Shown here: in pieces, positions 7,486 to 15,735 of the stretch | Layout of the letters: every line of letters begins with the position of its first letter | Numbering within the stretch: position 1 is the first letter of the stretch | Source: Rhodothermales bacterium | GTDB taxonomy: Bacteria; Bacteroidota; Rhodothermia; Rhodothermales; VXPQ01 | Reading direction: 5' to 3' | Length of the DNA stretch: 15,735 nucleotides | Assembly (NCBI GenBank): GCA_040904565.1 | Contig: JBBDTI010000003.1 | Location: forward strand, 48,094-63,828 | Made by a program: the position numbers and the translations under genes | Notes under the pieces: model-generated | Database searches by the model: none | What the model was told of the DNA's origin: nothing | Seen by the model: only the letters and a program-made list of their open reading frames with translations

Positions 7486-7523
7486 AAGGCCGCTCTCCGC
7501 CGTCAGGCGGGAGCGGCCTTTTT
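7486..7523 (+). terminator. Intrinsic terminator overlapping the 3' end of ppsA
   Basis: AAGGCCGCTC-t-CCGCC-gtca-GGCGG-GAGCGGCCTT followed by TTTCTGTT: 15-bp stem with a 1-nt bulge. The ppsA stop (7503-7505, - strand) lies in the loop. Confidence 0.75.
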
Positions 7524-9887
7524 CTGTTCGAGCCGGGCAACGCGCCGAAGTACCGGCACGATGCTGTCGGGGTTCAGGGAAATGGAGTCGATACGTTCGG
7601 AAACGAGAAAGTCCGCGAAGTCCGGGTAATCGCTGGGTGCCTGTCCACATATTCCAACCGTCCGTTCAGCAGCGTGCGCCTTTTCGATGAGGGACCGGAT
7701 CATGGATTTGACCGAAGTATTCCGCTCATCGAAGAGATACGAGAGTCTGTCGGCATCGCGATCGACGCCGAGGACGAGCTGGGTGAGGTCGTTCGAACCG
7801 ATGGAGAAACCGTCGAATCGCGCCGCGAATTCGTCAGCCTGGATCACGTTCGAGGGGATCTCAGCCATCACGTAGACGAGAAGGTCGTCGCGACCTCTTT
7901 CCAATCCGAAGCCCGCCATCGTTTCCAGCACGCGGTCCGCCTCTTCGGGCGTGCGGCAGAAGGGGATCATGACGATGACATTTCGGAATCCTATTTCATT
8001 ACGCACCATGTGTATGGCGCGGCATTCGAGCTCAAATCCGTCGCGGTAATCGTCGCTGTAATACCGCGAGGCGCCGCGCCAGCCAAGCATGGGATTCTCT
8101 TCTTCCGGTTCGAATCGCCGACCCCCGACGAGACCCGCGTACTCATTCGTTTTAAAATCGCTCATGCGAACGATCACCGGGTCGGGATGCTGGGACGCCG
8201 CGATCGTGGCGATACCCCGGGCGAGGGTCTCCACGAAGTAGGACGGCTTGTCTGGAAAGCCGCGCGTGAGCGCTTCGATTTCAGATCGAGCGTCGTCGTC
8301 AACCTCATCGAATTTCAGCAGTGCCATGGGATGGGCACGGATGATGTTGTTGATGATGTATTCCATGCGTGCCAGTCCCACGCCCCTCGAAGGGAGCCGC
8401 CACCAGCGCATCGCCGCGGCCGGACTGGCCACGTTCATCATGATACGCGTTTCGGTCTCGGGCAAATCCTCCAGGCTGATCTCCTCTTCCTCGAACTCCA
8501 GCGTACCCTCGTAGACGTATCCTTCGTCGCCCTCCGCGCAGGAAACCGTAACCTCGGCCCCGTTTTGAAGGACGTCGGTCGCGTCGCCCGTCCCGATGAC
8601 GGCCGGGATGCCGAGTTCCCGGCTGACGATCGCCGCGTGCGAGGTCCGCCCACCGTGGTTCGTTACGATGGCCGCCGCGCGCTTCATAACCGGGCCCCAG
8701 TCGGGGTCGGTCATATCCGTGACGAGAACGCAGCCGTCTTCAAACTGGTCGATATCCTCGACGTCGAGGATCACACGCACCGTACCGGTGGCGATCGACT
8801 GGCCGATGCTGAGCCCCGTTACGAGCGGCTCGCCCTCACCGGTCAGATGGTAGGTCTTGAGCATCCCCGTCTCCGTGCGCGACTGCACGGTTTCCGGACG
8901 GGCCTGAACGATGAAGATATCCCCCGTGTCGCCGTCTTTCGCCCACTCCACGTCCATCGGTCGATCGTAGTGATCCTCGATAACGACGCCCCATCGGGCG
9001 AGCTGGAGTATCTCTTCGTCCGTCAATACGAAGCGCGAGCGCTCCTCCTCCGACGTATCCTCGTTAACCGTGCGGTCGGAGCCGCTGCCGTAGACCATTT
9101 TCTTCTTCTTCGTCCCAAGCGTTTTGCCGATTAGCGGTCGCAGGTTTCCGTTCTCCAGGAAGGGCGTGTAGACCGTGTATTGGTCGGGCGTGATGGTTCC
9201 CTTGACGACGTTCTCTCCCAGACCCCATGCCGCATTGATGAGGGCCACGTCGGGGAAGCCCGTTTCCGTGTCGATCGTAAACAGCACGCCCGCGGACGCT
9301 CCGTCGGAGCGTACCATTTTCTGGATGCCTACCGAGAGGGCTACCTTCATATGATCGAAGCCGTGGTTCTCCCGGTAGGTGATGGCCCGGTCGGTGAAGA
9401 GCGAGGCGAAACAGTTCCGGCAGGCCTCGACGACGTCGTCGTCGCCGCTTACGTTCAGGTAGGATTCCTGTTGTCCCGCGAAGCTCGCTTCGGGAAGATC
9501 TTCGGCCGTGGCGCTGCTGCGCGCCGCCACGTCGACCGCGTCGACATCGTAGCGCCGGCTCAATTCCCGATAGGCGTCACGGATGGCCTCCGCCAGGTCC
9601 TCCGGCATCTCGCCGCCGGTGATTGCATCTCGGATCGCTTTGCCTACCTCGTCGACGGGCTTCGTCTCCTGGTGCAGTTCATCGAGCAGCCCCGCAATCC
9701 GATCCTCCAGGTCGTTCACAGCGATGAACGATCGGTACGCATCCGCGGTGGTAGCGAAGCCGTCCGGAACGCGGACGCCTCGATCCTTCAGAGAACCGAC
9801 CATCTCGCCGAGGGACGCATTCTTGCCACCGACGATCGGTACGTCGTCATTGTCGAGGTCCTCGAACCAGCGGATGTATTCACTCAT
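7503..9887 (-). CDS. ppsA: Phosphoenolpyruvate synthase (pyruvate, water dikinase)
   Basis: VGGKNASLGEM, RSSATAEDLPEASFAGQQESYLN, phospho-His motif GGRTSHAAIVSRELG, VRMSDFKTNEY, EENPMLGWRGASRY, GFSIGSNDLTQ, GICGQAPSD. 794 aa, typical length. Confidence 0.98.
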   Translation of the reverse strand: MSEYIRWFEDLDNDDVPIVGGKNASLGEMVGSLKDRGVRVPDGFATTADAYRSFIAVNDLEDRIAGLLDELHQETKPVDEVGKAIRDAITGGEMPEDLAEAIRDAYRELSRRYDVDAVDVAARSSATAEDLPEASFAGQQESYLNVSGDDDVVEACRNCFASLFTDRAITYRENHGFDHMKVALSVGIQKMVRSDGASAGVLFTIDTETGFPDVALINAAWGLGENVVKGTITPDQYTVYTPFLENGNLRPLIGKTLGTKKKKMVYGSGSDRTVNEDTSEEERSRFVLTDEEILQLARWGVVIEDHYDRPMDVEWAKDGDTGDIFIVQARPETVQSRTETGMLKTYHLTGEGEPLVTGLSIGQSIATGTVRVILDVEDIDQFEDGCVLVTDMTDPDWGPVMKRAAAIVTNHGGRTSHAAIVSRELGIPAVIGTGDATDVLQNGAEVTVSCAEGDEGYVYEGTLEFEEEEISLEDLPETETRIMMNVASPAAAMRWWRLPSRGVGLARMEYIINNIIRAHPMALLKFDEVDDDARSEIEALTRGFPDKPSYFVETLARGIATIAASQHPDPVIVRMSDFKTNEYAGLVGGRRFEPEEENPMLGWRGASRYYSDDYRDGFELECRAIHMVRNEIGFRNVIVMIPFCRTPEEADRVLETMAGFGLERGRDDLLVYVMAEIPSNVIQADEFAARFDGFSIGSNDLTQLVLGVDRDADRLSYLFDERNTSVKSMIRSLIEKAHAAERTVGICGQAPSDYPDFADFLVSERIDSISLNPDSIVPVLRRVARLEQKKAAPA

Positions 9888-9913
9888 TTTCTTGCCTCGT
9901 GCACGTGAACGGA

Positions 9914-12679
9914 TTACAGGTCATGTACGAACTTCATCGTGGGGTCGGCCGGCTCGCCGTCCAGTTCGGGATGGAACCCGACGTGCTCACAGACGCGCTT
10001 CATTCCGATGTTCTCTCGAAGCACGTCCGCCTTAATGCGGTCGTGGCCTTCATCCCTACCGATTTCGACGAGACGCTTGAGCATTTCCGTACCCAGGCCG
10101 CGACCCTGCCACGAGTCGCCGATCAGCAGCGCGAACTCGCTTTCATTGGTACCTCCGATACGGGTAAGCCGTCCGATCCCGATGATCTCCGGCGACGGCT
10201 CGCCATCCTCACCGATTCGCTCGGCTACCAGGGCCATCTCGCGGTCGTAGTCGATGAAGCAGAGGTGCGAGAGGCGTTCGTGGGCCACGCGCTGGCTCAG
10301 CTTCAACATGTTGGCGTACCGGAGGTAGACGCTCTCTTCCGACAGCGATTTGTGGAACCGGGCAACCGCCGGTTCGTCTTCCGGCCGGATCGGTCGAATG
10401 TTGACCGGTGTGCCGTCCGACATCGTCCATTCCGATGCATACCGGTAGGGATAGGGACGGATGGCCGTTCGGGGCAGATCGTCGAGTTCGGTGCCTGCTT
10501 TGTGAAGGACGACGCGCGCGTCCAGTGCCAGAATGCCGTCCTCGGAAGCGAGGAGCGGGTTAATGTCGATTTCCTTGATCATCGGTTGTTCGACGACGAG
10601 CTGGCTGAAGCGCACGAGTATCTTTTCGAGCGCGTCCATGTCGACCGGCTTACGGCCTCGGACGCCTTGCAGGGCAGCGTAGATCTTCGTCTGCTCCATC
10701 ATGCGCCGCGCGAGCGTCGTCGTGAGCGGTGGCAGCGCGAGGGCGCGGTCGCGGAAGACTTCCACCATGGTGCCGCCGGCGCCGAAGAGCAGTACCGGTC
10801 CGAACTGCGGATCGATGCTGCTGCCCACGATGAGCTCGTAGCCGCCCCGCCGAATCATCGGCTGCACGCTGACGCCGTTGAATCCGTCGAGCAGGTCTTG
10901 TTCCGCCAGCCCACTACGCATGTCCTCGAAGGCCCGGCGAACGGCGTCCGCCGAGCCCAGATTCAGGCGCACGCCGCCCACGTCCGATTTGTGGGTGATC
11001 GTGTACGAATTGAGCTTCAGCACGACGGGGTAGCCGATCTCGTCGGCAGCCGCGGCCGCATCGTCGGCCGTATCGGCCAACCGGGAGGTCGTAGTCGGCA
11101 AGCCGTAGGCCTCGAGGACGCGCTTGGACTCGTGCTCGGTCAGCAGGTCGCGCCCGTCCGTGCGCACGCTTTCGATCAGCGAACTCGTTGCCTCCCTGGC
11201 CTCGCGGTCGTCCGTCAGGTCCGGGACGGACGGCGTTTCGTAGAGCGCGCGGAGGTTGTAGCTGTACCGCCACATATAATTAAAGACGCGCGCGGCCGTG
11301 TCGGGATAGGCGAACGTCGGTATGTCAGCCTGATTGAGAATGCTCTCGCCGGCAGCTACCGAGGCCCCGCCCATCCAGCTGGCGAGCAGCGGCTTCTTGC
11401 CCGAACGGTCGCCGCTTCGCGCATATCGGGCGACGGACTCCGCGACGGCCGTAGGGTCGGTCATATCCTGCGGCGTCAAGACGACCAGCAGACCGTCACT
11501 GCGTTCATCGTTTTCGGCGATCTCGAGGGCCCGCGCGTAGCGATTTTCGTCCGCATCCCCCAACACGTCGATGGGATTGCCGCGGCTCCAGGCGGGGGGA
11601 AGGAAGGCGTTGAGCTCCTTCATGCTCTCCTCAGTGAGAGGCGTGAGCTCCCCGCCGCCCGATATGAGGGCGTCGGTGGCCAGTACGCCGGGGCCTCCGG
11701 CGTTCGTGAGAATGGAGAGCCGGCGCCCGCTCGGGCGGGGCTGCTTGGCGAGCACCTCGGCCATGTAGAAGAGATCCGCGATGGAATCCACGCGCAAGAC
11801 GCCCGACCGGCGAAATGCCGCCGAAAGCACTTCGTCACTTCCGGTTAGCGTGCCCGTGTGGGATGCGGCCGCCTTGGCGGCCTCCTCGGTTCGGCCGGCC
11901 TTGATGACGATGATCGGTTTTTCGCGCGCCACGTAGCGCGCGGCGGAGAGGAAGGAGCGTGCATCCCCGATCGACTCCATATATATGAGAATGCTCTTCG
12001 TCGCGGGATCGTCCCCCAGATACGTGATCAGGTCACCCCAGTCGACGTCGAGCATCGATCCGACGGAGACGAATGAGCTGAAGCCGACATTTTCCTTGAA
12101 GCTCCAGTCCAGTATGCCGGTCAGCAGCGCACCGCTCTGACTGACGAACGCGACGTTGCCGTGACGCGCCATGCCCCGCGCGAACGTCGCGTTGAGTCCG
12201 ATCGTCGGCCGCATCACGCCCACGCAGTTGGGCCCGACGATGCGCATGCGGCCCTTCTCGGCCGCTTCGCTGATCTCCGCTTCGAGGCGTCGCCCCTCCT
12301 CACCGATCTCCTTGAAGCCCGCCGAGATGATGATGGCGCCTTCGATGCCCTTCTCGACGCACTCGCGGATCACGCCCGGTACGGTCGGAGCGGGCGTGGC
12401 GATGACCGCCAGGTCCACGTCATCCGGTATGTCGATGACGGATGGATAGGCCTTAATGCCCAGGACGCTCGGGCGCTTCGGGTTGACGGGGTAGACCGTG
12501 CCTCCGAACGGATTGGAGATTAGATTCCAGAGAAGTGTTCGTCCGACCGAGTTGGGCGTCTCGCTGGCTCCGACGACGGCGATGCTCCGCGGTGCAAAGA
12601 TGGCGTCGAGCGGACGTCCGCGAACCCGGAACAGATTCTGTGATGGGTCGACCAGTGTCTCGGGGGAATGCTGGGTCAT
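9914..12679 (-). CDS. Bifunctional ADP-forming acetate--CoA ligase family / GNAT N-acetyltransferase (Pat/PatZ-like architecture), 921 aa
   Basis: CoA-binding domain ([30 protein letters not shown]), [34 protein letters not shown]-grasp ([29 protein letters not shown]) and C-terminal GNAT ([24 protein letters not shown]). Start set at ATG 12679 with GAGGAG upstream. Confidence 0.93.
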   Translation of the reverse strand: MTQHSPETLVDPSQNLFRVRGRPLDAIFAPRSIAVVGASETPNSVGRTLLWNLISNPFGGTVYPVNPKRPSVLGIKAYPSVIDIPDDVDLAVIATPAPTVPGVIRECVEKGIEGAIIISAGFKEIGEEGRRLEAEISEAAEKGRMRIVGPNCVGVMRPTIGLNATFARGMARHGNVAFVSQSGALLTGILDWSFKENVGFSSFVSVGSMLDVDWGDLITYLGDDPATKSILIYMESIGDARSFLSAARYVAREKPIIVIKAGRTEEAAKAAASHTGTLTGSDEVLSAAFRRSGVLRVDSIADLFYMAEVLAKQPRPSGRRLSILTNAGGPGVLATDALISGGGELTPLTEESMKELNAFLPPAWSRGNPIDVLGDADENRYARALEIAENDERSDGLLVVLTPQDMTDPTAVAESVARYARSGDRSGKKPLLASWMGGASVAAGESILNQADIPTFAYPDTAARVFNYMWRYSYNLRALYETPSVPDLTDDREAREATSSLIESVRTDGRDLLTEHESKRVLEAYGLPTTTSRLADTADDAAAAADEIGYPVVLKLNSYTITHKSDVGGVRLNLGSADAVRRAFEDMRSGLAEQDLLDGFNGVSVQPMIRRGGYELIVGSSIDPQFGPVLLFGAGGTMVEVFRDRALALPPLTTTLARRMMEQTKIYAALQGVRGRKPVDMDALEKILVRFSQLVVEQPMIKEIDINPLLASEDGILALDARVVLHKAGTELDDLPRTAIRPYPYRYASEWTMSDGTPVNIRPIRPEDEPAVARFHKSLSEESVYLRYANMLKLSQRVAHERLSHLCFIDYDREMALVAERIGEDGEPSPEIIGIGRLTRIGGTNESEFALLIGDSWQGRGLGTEMLKRLVEIGRDEGHDRIKADVLRENIGMKRVCEHVGFHPELDGEPADPTMKFVHDL

Positions 12680-12990
12680 GCTTTTCGAGTCTCCTCGTTT
12701 CGGCGTTATTGGTTTCAACCTGCTGCACGCATTCAACGTACGAGCCGTAACATCGATGCGTTGAGCTTCGAACCCGCTCCGATGTGTGGTGGAATCACTG
12801 ACATGTTTGGCGGAGGAGCCGGCGCGGCCGCTCTCCGGCGGAGGATCGGACGCTCGGCTCCGCGTCTCCGTCGTGAAACGACTTGCTATTGTTCGGCCAA
12901 ATCATTCATATGATCGTCCATGCCGCTGCTACGCTCCACGGTCAGCACGAGGCACGGCGTCGTGGTATAGACAGATTCCCGGTAGAAACA

Positions 12991-14370
12991 ATGATGTTCA
13001 CACGGTCCCGACGACCCAGGACAGCGTACCCTCTTTTTCTAATCGCCCTTTTCGTTCTGCTCGTCGCATCCGGTTGCGAAACGGATGGAACGGATGCCGT
13101 ACGGAGCGGGAGTCAGGTTACGGCGGAGGTCGTGCACGAAGCCCTTCAGCGCCATGTGCTTGGAGCATGGTATCCCCGTGTCGTCGACGCCGACTACGGT
13201 GGATACCTCAGCGATTTCGCTTACGACTGGCGCCCGGATGGGCCCCAGGACAAATTTATCGTGACCCAGGCGCGCCATGTGTGGACGCTGGCGCGGGCGG
13301 CGGAGTTTGAGCCGGATCGGCGCGAGACCTATCTCGGGTACGCCGCCCAGGGCGTCGACTTCCTGCGTGACCACATGTGGGATGCGGAACAGGGCGGGTT
13401 CGTGCCCCTCGTTACACGAGACGGGACGCCGCGCGGTGGTGAAAACGGGTTTACGCAGCGCAAGACGGCCTACGGCAATGCTTTCGGCGTCTACGGACTG
13501 GCCGCGTACGCGGACGTGTCGGGGGAAGCGTCGGCGCTGCGGTTCGCTCAGGATGCATTCACGTGGATGGAGGAGCACCTGCACGATCCGGAGCATGGCG
13601 GCTACTTTCAGTTCGTCGACGCCGACGGTGCCCCTATTCGAGACGGATCGGCAGGGCGTCCGCCCAAAGACCAGAACAGCAGCATTCACGTCCTCGAAGC
13701 GCTCACCGAGCTGTACGGCGTTTGGCCGGATCCGCTGGTTAGAGAACGCCTCGAAGAGATGTTGACCATCGTGCGGGACACCATCGTCGGGGAGCCGCCG
13801 TATCTCAGATTGTTCTTTCAGGCGGACTGGACGCCTGTATCATTCGCCGACTCATCGCGCGCGGCGATCGAAGAGCATATCGGTCTGGATCACGTTTCAT
13901 TCGGGCACGATGTCGAGACGGCCTTCCTGATGCTCGAGGCGGCACGGGCCCTCGAGCAAGACCCCGCGCCGACGCTCGATGTGGGCAAACGCATGGTGGA
14001 TCATGCGCTGGACCATGGATGGGACGAAGACGTCGGAGGCATCTTCGACGGTGCGTATTATTTCGACGCCACCCCCGAAATCGTCCTCGACGGCAAGGCG
14101 TGGTGGGCCCAGGTCGAGATGATGAACACCATGCTGTTGATGGCCGATCTCTACCCGGACGACGAGCGCGACTATATGTCGCGGTTCGAGGACATGTGGC
14201 AATACATCGAGGAGTACCTGATAGACCACGACTACGGAGGCGTCTATGCAGGTGGACTCGACCGGGAGCCCGAGGCGGAGACCGCCCCCAAGGGCAACAT
14301 ATGGAAGGCCGGCTATCACGACGGACGCGCCCTGATGCACGTGACGGAGAGGCTGCGAAGCCGGGAATGA
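12991..14370 (+). CDS. AGE family epimerase/isomerase (cellobiose 2-epimerase / N-acylglucosamine 2-epimerase-like), predicted lipoprotein
   Basis: KFIVTQARHVWT, KTAYGNAFGVYGLA, KDQNSSIHVLEA, SFGHDVE, KAWWAQVE, WKAGYHDGR (three conserved His). The N-terminus from ATG 12991 has a basic n-region, a hydrophobic stretch and the lipobox VASGC. Confidence 0.9.
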   Translation: MMFTRSRRPRTAYPLFLIALFVLLVASGCETDGTDAVRSGSQVTAEVVHEALQRHVLGAWYPRVVDADYGGYLSDFAYDWRPDGPQDKFIVTQARHVWTLARAAEFEPDRRETYLGYAAQGVDFLRDHMWDAEQGGFVPLVTRDGTPRGGENGFTQRKTAYGNAFGVYGLAAYADVSGEASALRFAQDAFTWMEEHLHDPEHGGYFQFVDADGAPIRDGSAGRPPKDQNSSIHVLEALTELYGVWPDPLVRERLEEMLTIVRDTIVGEPPYLRLFFQADWTPVSFADSSRAAIEEHIGLDHVSFGHDVETAFLMLEAARALEQDPAPTLDVGKRMVDHALDHGWDEDVGGIFDGAYYFDATPEIVLDGKAWWAQVEMMNTMLLMADLYPDDERDYMSRFEDMWQYIEEYLIDHDYGGVYAGGLDREPEAETAPKGNIWKAGYHDGRALMHVTERLRSRE

Positions 14371-14406
14371 TATCGCCCCTGCATTTCCGGGCTCGGCATG
14401 AGCGCT

Positions 14407-14862
14407 CTGATCGATACTGGAGAGGCCGACATACCGGCTCAGCTTTACGTCGTCGTATCCTATGATCGCAATGTCGCCGGGGACATCCAGGCCCGCATCT
14501 GAAACGGCTTTCCACGCACCGATGGCCTGTACGTCGCTGCCTGCGAAGACAGCGCTGATTCCAGCGTCCATCCCCAGAAGCACCTGCATGCCTTCGTAGC
14601 CTGATTCCTCGCTGTATCCCGCATGCTTTTCCGTCTGCCCACTCGCGATACATCGCGGTTCGAACGGAAGTCCAGCCGCATCGAGCGCATCCAGGTAGCC
14701 GGCGATACGCCGGTTCTGAATGCTGCTCTCATGGGTAGCCCGGATCATACCGATCCGGCGATGCCCGGCGTCGATGAGGTGTTCGACGGCCATGCGTGCT
14801 CCCGCCACGTCGTCCCAGTAAATCGAGTCGAAGCTGTCGTACTGCGTGCCGACGAGAACGGT
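14407..14862 (-). pseudogene. LacI/GalR family regulator fragment (C-terminal sensor subdomain only; no HTH, no native C-terminus or stop)
   Basis: VLVG...DSIYWDDVAGARMAVEHLIDAGHRRIGMI...RIAGYLDAL...AVFAGSDVQAIGA...GLDVPGDIAIIGYDD...LSSIDQ is clear LacI core. Only ~140 bp lie upstream before the divergent gene. After DQ the frame runs on antisense into the epimerase gene. Confidence 0.8.
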
Positions 14863-15005
14863 CGACGATTCGAATTGGGAGGGACGCACGGCACCACGGC
14901 GACGGACCGCGGTGCAGCGATCGTCCGAATGGTCGCTGCGAGGGCACTTCGATGCAGGATTCGAGTAGGATAACGCGAACTTCGAAACGGAAAAAATCGA
15001 TCGAG

Positions 15006-15302
15006 ATGAGTGAATATTCGTTACTGCGAAAGCGCGTCCGCGTACATCTCTACGATCGGAACGGCATCAGTCTCGGCACAATCGTCGGGCGTGTGGCCGA
15101 CATCGCGCGGGACGTGCCGGTCGGCAAGAATCCTGACGGAAGCGAAATACGGAAGGATCTCGCCTACGTGATCGATATCGAGTCTTCCGATCCGGAAACC
15201 CCCTTCAAGAATAGTGCGGGTGAAGAAAGCGAAGGCTGGTTTGCGCTGCAGGACATCCAGTTGGACGAGGGGGACATGCCCAGCAATATTTCGTTCAACT
15301 AG
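15006..15302 (+). CDS. Hypothetical protein (98 aa, predicted small beta-rich domain)
   Basis: From ATG 15006 (MSEYSLLRKRVRVHLYD...GWFALQDIQL) the composition is protein-like, with alternating hydrophobic strands. A-rich leader (GGAAAAAATC). The upstream part of the track ORF overlaps the LacI fragment and looks spurious. Confidence 0.75.
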   Translation: MSEYSLLRKRVRVHLYDRNGISLGTIVGRVADIARDVPVGKNPDGSEIRKDLAYVIDIESSDPETPFKNSAGEESEGWFALQDIQLDEGDMPSNISFN

Positions 15303-15364
15303 CGGGTCCGCAGCCGATCCTCCGTCACCCGCGCCGCCTCTATTCATCCGCCTCACACCTATTC

Positions 15365-15735
15365 ATGTCGTTCTTCTGGTATGATTATGAGACGTTCGGT
15401 GCGGACCCGCGGGTGGATCGACCCGTTCAATTTGCCGGGCAACGAACGGATGCGTCGCTGGAAGCGATCGACGAACCGGTCGTGCTCTACTGTCGACCTG
15501 CACCCGACTATCTGCCGAGGCCCGAAGCGAGTCTGATTCATGGCATGACTCCTCTCGATCTGCTCGAGAAGGGGGTCACGGAGGCCGAATTCGCGCGCCG
15601 GATCCACGCGGAGCTTTCGCAGCCGGACACGTGCGCGGTGGGGTACAACGCGATCCGTTTCGACCACGAGGTGACGCGGTTTCTGATGTACCGCAACCTG
15701 CGGGATCCGTATGCCTGGCACTGGCGCAATGGGAA
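15365..15735 (+). CDS. sbcB: Exodeoxyribonuclease I (exonuclease I), N-terminal part; runs off the window
   Basis: Manual translation, absent from the ORF track: MSFFWYDYETFGADPRVDRPVQFAGQRTD...YCRPAPDYLPRPEA...GVTEAEF...GYNAIRFDHEVTRFLMYRNLRDPYAWHWRNG. Contains the ExoI DxE motif and the ExoII GYN..RFD motif typical of SbcB. Confidence 0.95.
   Translation, partial: MSFFWYDYETFGADPRVDRPVQFAGQRTDASLEAIDEPVVLYCRPAPDYLPRPEASLIHGMTPLDLLEKGVTEAEFARRIHAELSQPDTCAVGYNAIRFDHEVTRFLMYRNLRDPYAWHWRNG

Noticed and set aside
9899-11848. 649-aa + strand ORF (also 7674-9134, 9180-9908, 5937-6980, 1800-2726, 13039-13689)
   Set aside because: Antisense shadows of well-supported genes. Long stop-free antisense frames are expected with GC-rich codon usage, and none shows a recognisable motif.
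12783-12799. CRP/FNR-like TGTG...TCAC site upstream of the ligase/GNAT gene
   Set aside because: Half-site spacing does not fit TGTGA-N6-TCACA.
12873-12914. Possible LacI operator (TGAAACGACTTG) and palindrome ATCAT-N4-ATGAT upstream of the epimerase
   Set aside because: Only one half-site fits a LacI-type operator, and the 5-bp palindrome is within chance.
13897-14406. C-terminal 170 aa of the 330-aa - strand ORF as a real fused domain
   Set aside because: Almost all of it is the antisense frame of the epimerase gene. LacI similarity stops at SIDQ (14407).
1-15735. CRISPR array, tRNA/rRNA, IS or prophage genes, defence system
   Set aside because: No regularly spaced repeats, cloverleaf or rRNA-like sequence, and no transposase, integrase or defence-type ORF seen by manual reading. 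tRNAscan/Infernal were not run.

Overview
GC-rich bacterial chromosomal window, probably from a Rhodothermota/Bacteroidota-like organism (inferred from protein style: EF-G2 with a domain IV insertion, AccD with a degenerate zinc ribbon, this type of YeeE/YedE pair). In order it holds: the 3' end of a universal stress protein gene; an ArsR regulator divergent from a YeeE/YedE sulfur-transport pair; an MpgP-like HAD-IIB protein whose catalytic DxD motif is replaced; a structured ~300-bp intergenic region; accD and tsaB; an EF-G paralog (EF-G2) followed by a 72-aa orphan ORF; an operon of acetate-CoA ligase/GNAT fusion plus ppsA; an AGE/cellobiose 2-epimerase-family lipoprotein; a LacI-family fragment truncated at both ends; a 98-aa hypothetical gene; and the 5' part of exonuclease I (sbcB). 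I found no rRNA, tRNA, CRISPR array, transposase or integrase. This is mostly housekeeping and metabolic DNA, and I cannot support a clearly new multi-gene system. The best leads are the apparent pseudo-phosphatase, the hairpin-rich element upstream of it, the small ORF after EF-G2 and the LacI remnant.
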